Program-made: the position numbers and the translations under genes
In this document: positions 48,010 to 57,440 of the stretch, piece by piece
Layout of the letters: the number at the start of each line of letters is the position of its first letter
Position numbering within the stretch: the first letter of the stretch is position 1
From: a virus
UHGV virus genome: UHGV-0141439
Direction: 5' to 3' (one strand)
Length of the DNA stretch: 64,000 nt
Notes under the pieces: model-generated
Seen by the model: the letters and a program-made list of their open reading frames with translations, nothing else
The model's database searches: none
Told to the model about the DNA's origin: nothing

Positions 48010-48233
48010 CAGTGTGCCTCCGCAATTCCGGGATTGGTAATATTGCGATACCAAGGATTAGTGTTTGGTTGTGATGAAGTAGAGAAACGGCCAGTCAGGA
48101 CGCCATGTTGATCAGGGATCAGAGAACGGGCTTCTTTTTCAGTTGCGGCAATTGCGAAGTGATCACAGTGTTTTTGCAGGGAGTGGAAACGCCAGATAAA
48201 TTCCGGGCGCGAGCAAGGATTGGCATTAACCAT
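48009..48233 (-). CDS. Icd-like cell-division inhibitor
   Basis: 74 aa (MVNANPCSRPEFIWRFHSLQKHCDHFAIAATEKEARSLIPDQHGVLTGRFS...); ATG at 48233 after a GAGG RBS. Confidence 0.5.
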   Translation of the reverse strand: MVNANPCSRPEFIWRFHSLQKHCDHFAIAATEKEARSLIPDQHGVLTGRFSTSSQPNTNPWYRNITNPGIAEAH

Positions 48234-48272
48234 AGTTACGGCCTCATTCGTAGGTTTAACAACCTGCGCCCC

Positions 48273-48453
48273 GCTGCTAAACGGGTGGCAGGACGTGACG
48301 GGGTTAGCAGACTGGCACGAATGAAACCAGCAGGCCGAAGCCTCCCCATCACGCCCCACCATAATTCGGGCGTAACGTGGTTTTACGGACACAAAAATAC
48401 CGCAATATCGGATATCTGCGGTTGTCCGCATTCGTATTCAGGCTGCTAAACCC
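48273..48453 (-). ncRNA. Candidate C4-like antisense-RNA control region
   Basis: On the minus strand GUUUAGCAGC occurs at 48453-48442 and 48282-48273 and its complement GUCUGCUAACCC at 48312-48301, giving alternative pairings just upstream of the icd RBS. Confidence 0.3.
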
Positions 48454-48576
48454 GGTCGCAGAATTTGCTACGACGACATGAATATAAGCCTGAAAACATG
48501 GAAGATCAACTAAAAATTTCAGCAATGGATGACTTCAGTCGATGATGCAGATCATACATTCCGATTTAGAAACAGC

Positions 48577-48593
48577 AAATTAATTTTCTAACA
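48577..48593. promoter_or_regulatory. 17-bp operator-like site upstream of the icd/ant module
   Basis: Plus strand AAATTAATTTTCTAACA; degenerate partner ATTTAGA 16 bp upstream. Confidence 0.5.
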
Positions 48594-48647
48594 CAAATTA
48601 TCGGGCGAGCATTTTCCGATCATTGGGATGCTTTGTAGACACACAGG

Positions 48648-49610
48648 TCATCCCCTAAATCCCGCAGGGATTGACCAATCCTCACGGTCAAATTCAGACC
48701 GATAGCCACGCTGTTTCATCAGGTCAAAGGCTTCACCAATGGTTGCACACCCCTGGGAGCCAGAATAATCCATTGAGAAATCCAGGGCACTGGATTGTTT
48801 AGGCTTATTCACTGCGGTAGCGGCACTACGTATCCATGCAAATTTTTTTGCCAGCTTTTCAGCGGTACGATACAGAGCCTGCCGTTTTGTGTGCCCCTCG
48901 TCTGAACGACGCTTTGCAGCTCTCGCTTTTGCCGCCGCCAGGCAGTGGTTGGTATGTTCTTCCCTGATTGCTGTTTTTTTATCCAGTACCCCGTGATCCG
49001 TTTGAGAACTATCTGCTGGTGAAGCCTTTGGCTGAACCGCGCATGATCTTTCTCTTCTTTTGGCTATAGAGTGACTCTTATTTTCTATTGGCTGTTCATT
49101 TTGAACATGGGGGGACTTGTTCAATTTGAACAGGGGGTTCCCAGTTTCAAAAAAATAACGAACCTTTGAAATCAACTGCTTAACCAGTTTTGTGGCGTTG
49201 GCAAATTTGATGCCCTGCTTACCCCCTATCTCCATTGCTACATGAATGAAGTGGAGAAATTGTGTCGTAAACCGATATACGTTACACACCTGGGCATTGT
49301 TATTCGCTACCTGATGTTGCTTAACAAGCATTCCGCACTTCGTCGCTTCAGCAAATGCCCGGCGTACAGTAGAAATACTGCGTCCTGTAATCTCGGACAT
49401 ATCAGCATATGAGCGACGGATCATGTATTCATCGGTAGACCCTGCCAGGTTGGCGAACTCGGCAATAATGGCGCTATGTGAAGGAGAAAGAAGACCACTA
49501 TGACGAGCAAAAAAACTCAACTGATGACCTTTGATTTTTTTGTGGTATTCAGTGTTGTTTTTATACTCAGAAGTGTTGAAAGTTACTGAAACTGAATTTA
49601 AAATATTCAT
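48648..49610 (-). CDS. HTH-domain protein; RepL-like replication initiator candidate
   Basis: 320 aa; HTH-like MSEITGRSISTVRRAFAEATKCGML; position upstream of the immunity module. Confidence 0.35.
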   Translation of the reverse strand: MNILNSVSVTFNTSEYKNNTEYHKKIKGHQLSFFARHSGLLSPSHSAIIAEFANLAGSTDEYMIRRSYADMSEITGRSISTVRRAFAEATKCGMLVKQHQVANNNAQVCNVYRFTTQFLHFIHVAMEIGGKQGIKFANATKLVKQLISKVRYFFETGNPLFKLNKSPHVQNEQPIENKSHSIAKRRERSCAVQPKASPADSSQTDHGVLDKKTAIREEHTNHCLAAAKARAAKRRSDEGHTKRQALYRTAEKLAKKFAWIRSAATAVNKPKQSSALDFSMDYSGSQGCATIGEAFDLMKQRGYRSEFDREDWSIPAGFRG

Positions 49611-49671
49611 CAGATAGTTCCGTGCAAAAATCTATCTACCGTATAAATCTATGCCAGTGGATTTATACACC

Positions 49672-49707
49672 AAAAAGCCGCTTCTCAGCGGCTTTTGCTT
49701 TTTTTGG
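49672..49707. terminator. Bidirectional rho-independent terminator
   Basis: AAAGCCGC-TTCTCA-GCGGCTTT flanked by an A-run and TTGCTTTTTTT. Confidence 0.65.
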
Positions 49708-49783
49708 CAGTCGCTACCGGAGCAGTGACCGCGATCCTACTCGATCACATCGGACAGGATCAACAGTGTATATAAATACACTA

Positions 49784-49800
49784 TGTTAGAAATTTAATTT
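49784..49800. promoter_or_regulatory. 17-bp operator-like site TGTTAGAAATTTAATTT
   Basis: Exact consensus; lies between the stop at 49811 and the terminator. Confidence 0.5.
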
Positions 49801-49810
49801 CATGCAGCGG

Positions 49811-50809
49811 TTATCCCCGTCGCGAAACGAAGAGTAATGGGGTAGTATTTTTGCTCTCCTTCGGCGATAACTCCGGCTCTTTCTTGCCTGATATCGGCAA
49901 GCCATAAGTCGCATTTGCCCCCAGAGATTCAAGCATCGCAGCCACTATGCGAGCATCATCTTCAGACTGCATACGGCAGAGCGCCCGACGCTGTTCTGCG
50001 CTGATAAAAACAGGCAGCTCCTGGATAGCATCACGCAAAATCCTACGGCATTTCTTCGCATCTTCGCCCTGGCTTTCCATCATTGCGGCCTGGTTGCGTA
50101 ATTTGTCGCGAAGTTGCATATTTTCCACTTCAAGGAGCATCAATTCTGACTCAAGGGCTTCACGCTGTGCTGACTCGAAAATAGCCTGCTGATTCTTCAT
50201 TGCTGAAAAGTGGTGAACAAGATCCGTAGCCGCGTTATCGGTAAAACCTTGTTCGATAAGTGCCGCATGAATAGCCGCGTCGCGCTCTTCTGCTGATTCA
50301 AGCATCAGGCTTTTCTTGTCGAGGCTGATATAGTTAGGAACAGTTACGTAATCAAAGCCGTGGAAAGACTTTACCAGGGATACCGATGAATCTGGACCAG
50401 ATGTAGCCCACGACCAACCACCAGCACCAGAGTTAATCATGCCCTGAACAATACGCCCGGTGTCTGTATCCAGTATTTCCTGCGTATGAGTAACAATGCC
50501 GTTGTCGTCAATCGAAATGTCGATAGTCCTGTTTGACGGCACGTTCTCCAATACAACAGGCTTCCCATCTACCATCACAACAGAGACTTCCGGCAAGTTC
50601 AGGCTTTTCGTTTTGTTATAGTGCATCGCCCGGCGACCATGACCGTAATAACCATACATCTCACCCAGCGCGATACGCTCTTTTGTTTCTGGCGAGTTGA
50701 ATGTGTCTCGTACCGACTGAATGACGTAATTTCGGTTGTTCTGCGGTGTGTGTTTGCGGATTTTCTCTACCAGGGAGAAGCGATCCGTAACAGTATTCAG
50801 TGATTGCAT
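49811..50809 (-). CDS. Hypothetical protein; prohead protease/scaffold candidate by position only
   Basis: 332 aa; C-terminal half helical and charged; follows the portal-like gene. Confidence 0.3.
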   Translation of the reverse strand: MQSLNTVTDRFSLVEKIRKHTPQNNRNYVIQSVRDTFNSPETKERIALGEMYGYYGHGRRAMHYNKTKSLNLPEVSVVMVDGKPVVLENVPSNRTIDISIDDNGIVTHTQEILDTDTGRIVQGMINSGAGGWSWATSGPDSSVSLVKSFHGFDYVTVPNYISLDKKSLMLESAEERDAAIHAALIEQGFTDNAATDLVHHFSAMKNQQAIFESAQREALESELMLLEVENMQLRDKLRNQAAMMESQGEDAKKCRRILRDAIQELPVFISAEQRRALCRMQSEDDARIVAAMLESLGANATYGLPISGKKEPELSPKESKNTTPLLFVSRRG

Positions 50810-50822
50810 TATTTCCCTCCGG

Positions 50823-52505
50823 TTAATTGCTCATCACAAATTTTGCAAAGTTTATTAACTGTTCTGGCGTCCAGTTTTCCGGATCGTCACCGGACGACAA
50901 CGGCGCGGATTCGTACATACCATGCTCGTTGTTTTGCTCTGATTCATTCGCCTTAAACTCTTTGATCATGGTGTTGAGAGTGTCATCGTCGATGTGCAAC
51001 TGCTCAGTGAACAGATAACGCATAAACGCGTCGCTACCAGCCAGTTTCGGGTTGTTCTGGATCTGGTCCATAATTTGGGAGATGACAGCAACAAAGTTGG
51101 CGCGTGCATCCAGTTCTCGGTTTTCCTCTTCCTGGATAGCAGTGTTCATTGAGTTGAATTGCACGTCATAAGGGCGGTTTGTTTCGGTGTAAACCTTGCC
51201 GTATTTATAAGCGAGGTGAATGTCCAGAAGCCGATAAATAGTTCGCTGGGCGGCCTGTCTGATCCAGTTCGCACGCAATGCAGCCTGGATAGCAGTTTGC
51301 TGCCAGCCGCCTTCTCCAAGCCCTCCGCTCATCTGATCAGCCCAGCCAAGCATTGTTGCGTCAATGCCGAGGCTTGCAGCAAGCTGCCGGAGGTGAAACA
51401 TAACGTCTTCGATACCACTGATATCTGCGGGTATGGATTGCGTATCAATGGTGATGCCGTTCTTCCCGTCTCCCATAACAGGTATCAGATGGTTAAGCAC
51501 AGTCGGAATAGCGTTGGCATTAATCGACCTTTGCGCCACCAGGTCACTATGACGCTTCAATGCCTGGCTGACGCCACGCGTATAGTTCGCCGCATTAACC
51601 GGGTCCAGTGTGTTCGTCGTAAGAGCAATCAGGCGGTCAATTTTGGCTGCATTATTTCGCGTTGATTTCAGCGCGGCGAGCGAAGCACATAAATTAAGGT
51701 AAGGTTCATAGCTGTATTCCAGGAATGAAGTTCCGTAATTCTGCGTCTCCATTAACGGCTTATCAGCCTGATCACTTAACAGTGAATACCCTTTTGTACC
51801 GTAGCTAACCGGAATAACCTTATGCTGCGGCGTCCAATACGGGTTTTTCATGGAAACAAGATTCCACGGTTCGGTTATTACCCTGCGCAAACTATGCGTA
51901 TCCAGAATGTAATCACCACTGAAACCGACCAGCTGGCTACCGCGATAAAATTCCTGGACGAAGTGTGGAAGAGTGTAATAACTGGATTCAATGCCAGTTA
52001 TCCCTCTGCCCTGTTCAGCATAAGGTCGGACATAAGACACCCCAAAGATCGCCATAATCATGGCCCATGAAGGAAGTCCGTCATTAATCATTGCCCCCAA
52101 ATCAGCTGTTAACTCTTCACACCTACTTACCGCCTCGGCATCGGAACCATCTTTTGGCGAAAGCATGAATGCCAGCCCGGTTTTCTTTGAAGGCGCAAGC
52201 GCATGTGCAATATGAATGTTTAAAGCCGTTGAGATAGTCGGGCTTTTAGCCATCGTTTCCAGGATGTTGTACTTTTGCAGGCGCTCGCCGGGCAGTTCAG
52301 CGGATAAAGAAATTGAATCTGCTGCACTCGTCATGCCATCGCTGTTGCCACCCAGGATGCCTGGACGTAAAGCGGACAGGCCGGAACGAGCAACGACACT
52401 ATGCCCGCTCGTAAAAACGACCGGATCGGCGGGCGTAACATCACCACCGTTGAAGGCTTTCTTCAATGCCGACAGAAAGCCTTTGTTTTTGTCTTTCGTT
52501 GCCAT
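50823..52505 (-). CDS. Hypothetical 560-aa protein; portal-like candidate by size and position
   Basis: ATG after a GGTGA RBS; no diagnostic motif recognised. Confidence 0.35.
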   Translation of the reverse strand: MATKDKNKGFLSALKKAFNGGDVTPADPVVFTSGHSVVARSGLSALRPGILGGNSDGMTSAADSISLSAELPGERLQKYNILETMAKSPTISTALNIHIAHALAPSKKTGLAFMLSPKDGSDAEAVSRCEELTADLGAMINDGLPSWAMIMAIFGVSYVRPYAEQGRGITGIESSYYTLPHFVQEFYRGSQLVGFSGDYILDTHSLRRVITEPWNLVSMKNPYWTPQHKVIPVSYGTKGYSLLSDQADKPLMETQNYGTSFLEYSYEPYLNLCASLAALKSTRNNAAKIDRLIALTTNTLDPVNAANYTRGVSQALKRHSDLVAQRSINANAIPTVLNHLIPVMGDGKNGITIDTQSIPADISGIEDVMFHLRQLAASLGIDATMLGWADQMSGGLGEGGWQQTAIQAALRANWIRQAAQRTIYRLLDIHLAYKYGKVYTETNRPYDVQFNSMNTAIQEEENRELDARANFVAVISQIMDQIQNNPKLAGSDAFMRYLFTEQLHIDDDTLNTMIKEFKANESEQNNEHGMYESAPLSSGDDPENWTPEQLINFAKFVMSN

Positions 52506-52589
52506 GAATCACCGCGAATTGTTTCCAGTTTCGCGGCAGCATAATCAGTATGTGATTTGATAGGAGAGTTTTATTGGTGCTGTTAATGA

Positions 52590-52922
52590 TTACTTACACG
52601 CTTCCCTGCCCACATAGTCAGCGATGGAACCACTTACAATCCCCACCATTTTGGGATCAGGTTTTGAATTTTTCATCTGTTCAAGCGTCTCCCCAGAACC
52701 AAGATACTTCACTTCATTTGTCATGCAATTATATATTCTCTTCGAATATGCTGTCCCAGATGGGCCTTCCCTTTTTGTAATGATAGTTTTATATTCACCT
52801 TCACGACCAATATCCAGCACTGTATAAGTAGCTTTTGGATCAGAAGGGATTTTTATCTTATAGGGCGCAGCACAAACTGATGCAGAAGCTAATAAAGCAC
52901 AAACCAGGATTATATTTCTCAT
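52590..52922 (-). CDS. Small secreted protein in the AT-rich cassette
   Basis: 110 aa with signal peptide MRNIILVCALLASASVCAAP and two Cys in the mature part; a GPSGTAY segment weakly recalls the MliC/PliC SxSGAxY motif. Confidence 0.45.
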   Translation of the reverse strand: MRNIILVCALLASASVCAAPYKIKIPSDPKATYTVLDIGREGEYKTIITKREGPSGTAYSKRIYNCMTNEVKYLGSGETLEQMKNSKPDPKMVGIVSGSIADYVGREACK

Positions 52923-52966
52923 AACTATACTCCATGTTATAAATTATCAAAGCTAAGTAAGTAAAA

Positions 52967-53524
52967 CTAATCTGGATCAACAATAAGTTGTGAAACCTTC
53001 GCTGCAAGTCTTATATAGCGTTCAGCTTCATTTCTGGTGATTTCAAAATCCAGAAAGTGCGCGGCTTCATTTCTTAGCGAGCGAAGCCGTTTTAACAGCA
53101 AAGCAGCGGAATCTTCAAGTTTTCCTTCTTGAATCAACCAGTCAATGAATAGTTCTGGATTCCGTTTCGGCTTTAACCCTCCCTGTATAAAACCAGAGCG
53201 CCCGGCAGCCTCCTCTACCATCAACCATGACTCCATAATAGCAGCTCTAGGTGAAAAATCAGCAATTCTCTCTAATTGTGCGATTTTATTTATATATTCA
53301 GAGTTATTATTACCATTGTTAATATTTTTATTCCCAACTGATGCATCTGTTGCTAATACTTCTGCTGCGGTTAGTCCCGCATTAAACTCAGCTTCAGCTG
53401 CTCCAATCTTGAATCTACTCAGACGTACTATTAACTCCTTAATATCAACCCCATACTTATTAACAAACCACACAAACACCAATGGCCATGCAAGAGCTGA
53501 AACCAAATCTGTAAATGATGACAT
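52967..53524 (-). CDS. HEPN-motif protein with N-terminal membrane anchor (candidate Abi/defence RNase)
   Basis: 185 aa; hydrophobic N-terminus; C-terminal LRSLRNEAAHFLDF contains an Rx4H motif; own TATAAT and GAGGA RBS; AT-rich. Confidence 0.45.
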   Translation of the reverse strand: MSSFTDLVSALAWPLVFVWFVNKYGVDIKELIVRLSRFKIGAAEAEFNAGLTAAEVLATDASVGNKNINNGNNNSEYINKIAQLERIADFSPRAAIMESWLMVEEAAGRSGFIQGGLKPKRNPELFIDWLIQEGKLEDSAALLLKRLRSLRNEAAHFLDFEITRNEAERYIRLAAKVSQLIVDPD

Positions 53525-53649
53525 CGGTTATCCTCATTCATTATATTCTCAGCTAGTTTACATATTATTAAACAGGAACAAAAATGAATTATGCGCCCAT
53601 CTTCAGATATGTTATGAACGCACAGAAAGAGCATTAAGTTACATTGATG

Positions 53650-55014
53650 TTACCCAACAGAGGTTGACTCAAACATAGAAAAAATTAACCCTTTACCTTC
53701 GCCAAACTCAGTCTCAATTTCATCAGAAACGGCAGATAAAATGCTACGCAGATCGACATCTCCGCCGCCGAACATATCGCCTAACGCTTGTTGCTGGTGA
53801 ATAAGCTCATCGTTAATTTTTTGCGCCAGTTTCTTGAAAGCAGCCCCCATACGCTTAGCGCTTCTGTTGTTGGCAACAATAAACAGAGCAAGCGCTTCCG
53901 CTTCCGGAGTGCTATCTCCAAACAATCCGCGCTGTGCGATCACCTCTTCTACTGCCTGACCGTTATCTTTTGCTTCACGAACAAGGTTAATTGCTTCCTG
54001 TAGCGCGGCAATAGCCTGTTTATCCAGCCCATTCAATTGCTCTATGCCGTCTACTAGTCCGGTTACCGTGTCATGGTGAACATCGCCTGAAAGTGACTGC
54101 ATTTGCGCAAAATCGCTGGCTGCCGTATTTAATGCGGTAAGGATGTTACGCATTTCCGGATCTGGCTCTTCCGCCACCAGCCGGACAAGCCTTTCATCCT
54201 TGTACGCTTTGGCAAAAATTGCATTCTGGATGCGGTCGATAAGTTGTTTCGTTGGACGCCCATCGGCAGTAAGCAAACCTGCCGTCGCCGTATCACCTAT
54301 TTCGCGCAGAAACGCACGAATAAACGCATCATTGGACCGCGCCAGTAGATTCCCATCATCTGAAGGATTAAATAGCGCCATGACGCTCTCAGTGAGAAAT
54401 TGCGCATCCGCATACGCTTTTTCACTTGCAGCCATCTCTTGCAGATCGCTGATGTTTGAATCGCGGGCAAATTGTGCGCGGTCTACATCTGTGAGTCTTT
54501 CGCGCACCAATACGGGCATAGACATTTGTGAAATGTCGTCAGGATTCAGACCAAACTCTTTTGCATGATCGATCAGGTACTGGCGATATTCATCCGCCTG
54601 CCCTTGCTCATAGGCACGCCAGATACCCATGCTCCTTCCGTTGCCGGATTCAACAACGTTGTCCGGACCAACTATCGGCGCTCCGTGGCTGCTCATGCCG
54701 GAATCCGTTAATTGTGCCGGGCGTAAATTGGAGGCAATACGGTTAACCTGGAGTTTGCTGGATAGCCGTGTACGGTCACGTGGCTGGAGTTCTTCCGGGA
54801 AGGCCGGATTAATCGTACCGTCAAGGTTGTTCGAAATGATCAGGCTGCTGGCATCAACGACCTTAAAAGCCGTCTTTACCTCTGCCCCTTTACTGGTGAC
54901 TACGTAACTACTGCGCCCCTGGCGTGTTTCTCGCCTCTCTAATGAAGAAACCAGCGCAATAACACTGTTAATGTCTGCTGCTTCGGATATCGCGGAAGTA
55001 ACTGACTTGTTCAA
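53650..55014 (-). CDS. Hypothetical 454-aa protein (DarA-operon-like position)
   Basis: Track ORF; no motif recognised. Confidence 0.4.
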   Translation of the reverse strand: MNKSVTSAISEAADINSVIALVSSLERRETRQGRSSYVVTSKGAEVKTAFKVVDASSLIISNNLDGTINPAFPEELQPRDRTRLSSKLQVNRIASNLRPAQLTDSGMSSHGAPIVGPDNVVESGNGRSMGIWRAYEQGQADEYRQYLIDHAKEFGLNPDDISQMSMPVLVRERLTDVDRAQFARDSNISDLQEMAASEKAYADAQFLTESVMALFNPSDDGNLLARSNDAFIRAFLREIGDTATAGLLTADGRPTKQLIDRIQNAIFAKAYKDERLVRLVAEEPDPEMRNILTALNTAASDFAQMQSLSGDVHHDTVTGLVDGIEQLNGLDKQAIAALQEAINLVREAKDNGQAVEEVIAQRGLFGDSTPEAEALALFIVANNRSAKRMGAAFKKLAQKINDELIHQQQALGDMFGGGDVDLRSILSAVSDEIETEFGEGKGLIFSMFESTSVG

Positions 55015-55107
55015 AATACACTCCCCTTACATAGAAAGCAGGAAGTGTAAAAAGTGTGTGATTTATGGACTTACAGGAAAGTGAAAGGGGCATTTCAGCC
55101 CCTTTGA

Positions 55108-55476
55108 TTACCCTGCATAACCGTTGGCTTTCACCCAGCTTATGGTCTGCTCTTTAGCCTGTTCCAACGTAAGGAACTCGCCTACATAGTTTGAGATCCC
55201 ACGTAGCGCATCAATAAATTCCATTTGCGTGGACTTTGTGAATGCACCTCCAAGGAAGTCTGTCACTATCTTAGGAATGTCACCTGCAACAGTATCTGGC
55301 TGCGCCTGCGGGTCCGATACTGATTGGGCCGCAGCCCCAAGCCCCAGTTTAAGCATCACATCAACAATCTGCTTACCAATTGAGACGCGTTGCAATACTG
55401 GCGCGGTTTTCTGCGCCTGCATTAGATCTGATAGCTCTTTACCTAATTTCAGGCGTTCTAAAACAGAGATAGCCAT
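55108..55476 (-). CDS. Hypothetical 122-aa protein
   Basis: Stop abuts the start of the 654-aa gene. Confidence 0.4.
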   Translation of the reverse strand: MAISVLERLKLGKELSDLMQAQKTAPVLQRVSIGKQIVDVMLKLGLGAAAQSVSDPQAQPDTVAGDIPKIVTDFLGGAFTKSTQMEFIDALRGISNYVGEFLTLEQAKEQTISWVKANGYAG

Positions 55477-57440
55477 TAAGCACCTCCCTGCTGAATTTCA
55501 GCCAGAATATTGATCAGGTAGTCAACGGCTGCACCTACAGTTGCTTCGTTCTCGTCATATCGACCAGCACTGATTAGAGCGTTTGCTGCTTCCTGCACAT
55601 GATCAAGTTCAGCACTGATGACCGTCAGATCGCGGGATGTAAACTGCTTCGGCACGGATTTCAGGTACTCCAGCGCTTTATCTGCCTCCTGATCAGCTTC
55701 ACTTGCTGATTCACCAGCTTCTTCTGGCTCCGGCTCCTGTTCTGGTGCTGGTTGTGGTTGTGATTCCGGCTCAACCACATGCTCTGTTTTTACTTCGCTT
55801 GAATGATTTTGAAGGGCGTTATACACGTCCATAATGAAAAGGTTCTCCCCATCACCAAGTGGATACGCCACGTTTGGAAACGCTTTGCGGAAAAGAATTT
55901 TCACTTGCGCCTTGAATGTTTTCAGGTCACTGCCAAACAGGTCTACATAGCCATCAATATGTTTCGACATGCTGGACACAACCAATTGGCCTGCAAAATC
56001 TTTCAGCTCATCTTCATCAGGAAGATAGAGCAACTCGTACTGGCTGACTTCTTCATCTGTCAGTTTACGGTCATACGTAATGATACCGTGACGAGCATAT
56101 TCGTAATACTGATCAGCCTGGTCAGGACGATCAAGCACGGCTTTATTTCCATCCGGCACAGCACCAACACCAGCCGGGCGAGATTGAAGTGCATAGTGGT
56201 ATTTACCTACATCTTGGCTCTCTGGTTGTGATACTGGGTTCGTCTCGGGGTCTGTCTGTGGTGGTTCGGAGTCTTCCTGCTGGCCTGGTAACACATCAAC
56301 TTTATATTTATCTGCGTTATGCTCTCGGTAGGCTTTAAGTAATTTGGTTGCAGCATCTGCCAAACTGCCTCCTTTGACAGCACTGGCATCAATACTGAAT
56401 TTACCTTCAGGTGCTACTATCGTAACGAAATTGTCACTGCCGGACGTGACATAATTAACTTCAGCGCCATTATCCAGCACTGTTTTTCCGTCAATGGCAA
56501 GATTATGTTTTACATGTCGCAGCTGGTCACTAAACGCTCGTTCTTTCGTTTTTTCACCTTTAGCAGACAACAATTTATCGCGTTTTGCTTGTAATTCCTC
56601 GTTGATGGCTTTCTGGGCATCAAGTTTTTTTTGCATCTCCGTAAGAGCAGCACGCTTTTCAGTCAGCCCACGTTGTGCAACGTCCACCTGATCAATCATT
56701 ATTGACCGTTCTTCTGCCAGTTTATCTGCCTCATTGAGATAACTCTCAATATCTGCCTTCATTTTGTCCTGGCGCTCTTTTGCTTTCTTAAATTTTTCGC
56801 TGTTACGCTCAATCAAATTAGATAGCGCCTGGCATACCTGGCTTAAAGAAACATCTCTCCCACCAATCGGGGCGACAACGTGAGTTACGTTACGCTTATT
56901 AAGTAAAAACTGAAATGCAACAAGCTCGTCGTTACTCTTTATTTTTGCCCCGTCAGCTGTTGGAGAGTGGAAAATTATGCTTGTACTCTGCCCGTCAGTA
57001 AGCGGTATCTGCGCGGTCAAAACAGGGATATTAGCTACCCGACGCACACGACCGATAATCGCACCACCAATACAATTACGTCCATTTTCATCGGTCCCGG
57101 CTTCATCAGTCCCTGCCATAATATTCGTACCATTCAGGCCACGATTCAGCGCACGGACGAAAGCTCGCATTGTTTGAGCTAACCGAATTCTGGTTGTAGT
57201 TATGGACTCAAACATAGCTTCGTCAGACACAACCAGTATTTCATTGCCCATATAGGCAAGCTCAATATCTTCTAAGGTCGCCGCCTCAAAAATCAGGTCA
57301 TCTTCGCTTAATTCTTCTGAAGACCAGCGACTTGGCACATAGCCGGGGATCGTATCAGCAAAAGTAGACTGAATATTAATTCGTAAAGGATTGTTAATCA
57401 TGCTCATCCTCCAGGCGCGCGATTTCTTCTTTAAGAGCAC
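55476..57440 (-). CDS. Acidic 654-aa protein; DarA-like candidate by size and position
   Basis: Follows the LydA/LydB-like genes in the same direction, as darA does in P1; no sequence-level confirmation. Confidence 0.35.
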   Translation of the reverse strand: MLLKKKSRAWRMSMINNPLRINIQSTFADTIPGYVPSRWSSEELSEDDLIFEAATLEDIELAYMGNEILVVSDEAMFESITTTRIRLAQTMRAFVRALNRGLNGTNIMAGTDEAGTDENGRNCIGGAIIGRVRRVANIPVLTAQIPLTDGQSTSIIFHSPTADGAKIKSNDELVAFQFLLNKRNVTHVVAPIGGRDVSLSQVCQALSNLIERNSEKFKKAKERQDKMKADIESYLNEADKLAEERSIMIDQVDVAQRGLTEKRAALTEMQKKLDAQKAINEELQAKRDKLLSAKGEKTKERAFSDQLRHVKHNLAIDGKTVLDNGAEVNYVTSGSDNFVTIVAPEGKFSIDASAVKGGSLADAATKLLKAYREHNADKYKVDVLPGQQEDSEPPQTDPETNPVSQPESQDVGKYHYALQSRPAGVGAVPDGNKAVLDRPDQADQYYEYARHGIITYDRKLTDEEVSQYELLYLPDEDELKDFAGQLVVSSMSKHIDGYVDLFGSDLKTFKAQVKILFRKAFPNVAYPLGDGENLFIMDVYNALQNHSSEVKTEHVVEPESQPQPAPEQEPEPEEAGESASEADQEADKALEYLKSVPKQFTSRDLTVISAELDHVQEAANALISAGRYDENEATVGAAVDYLINILAEIQQGGA

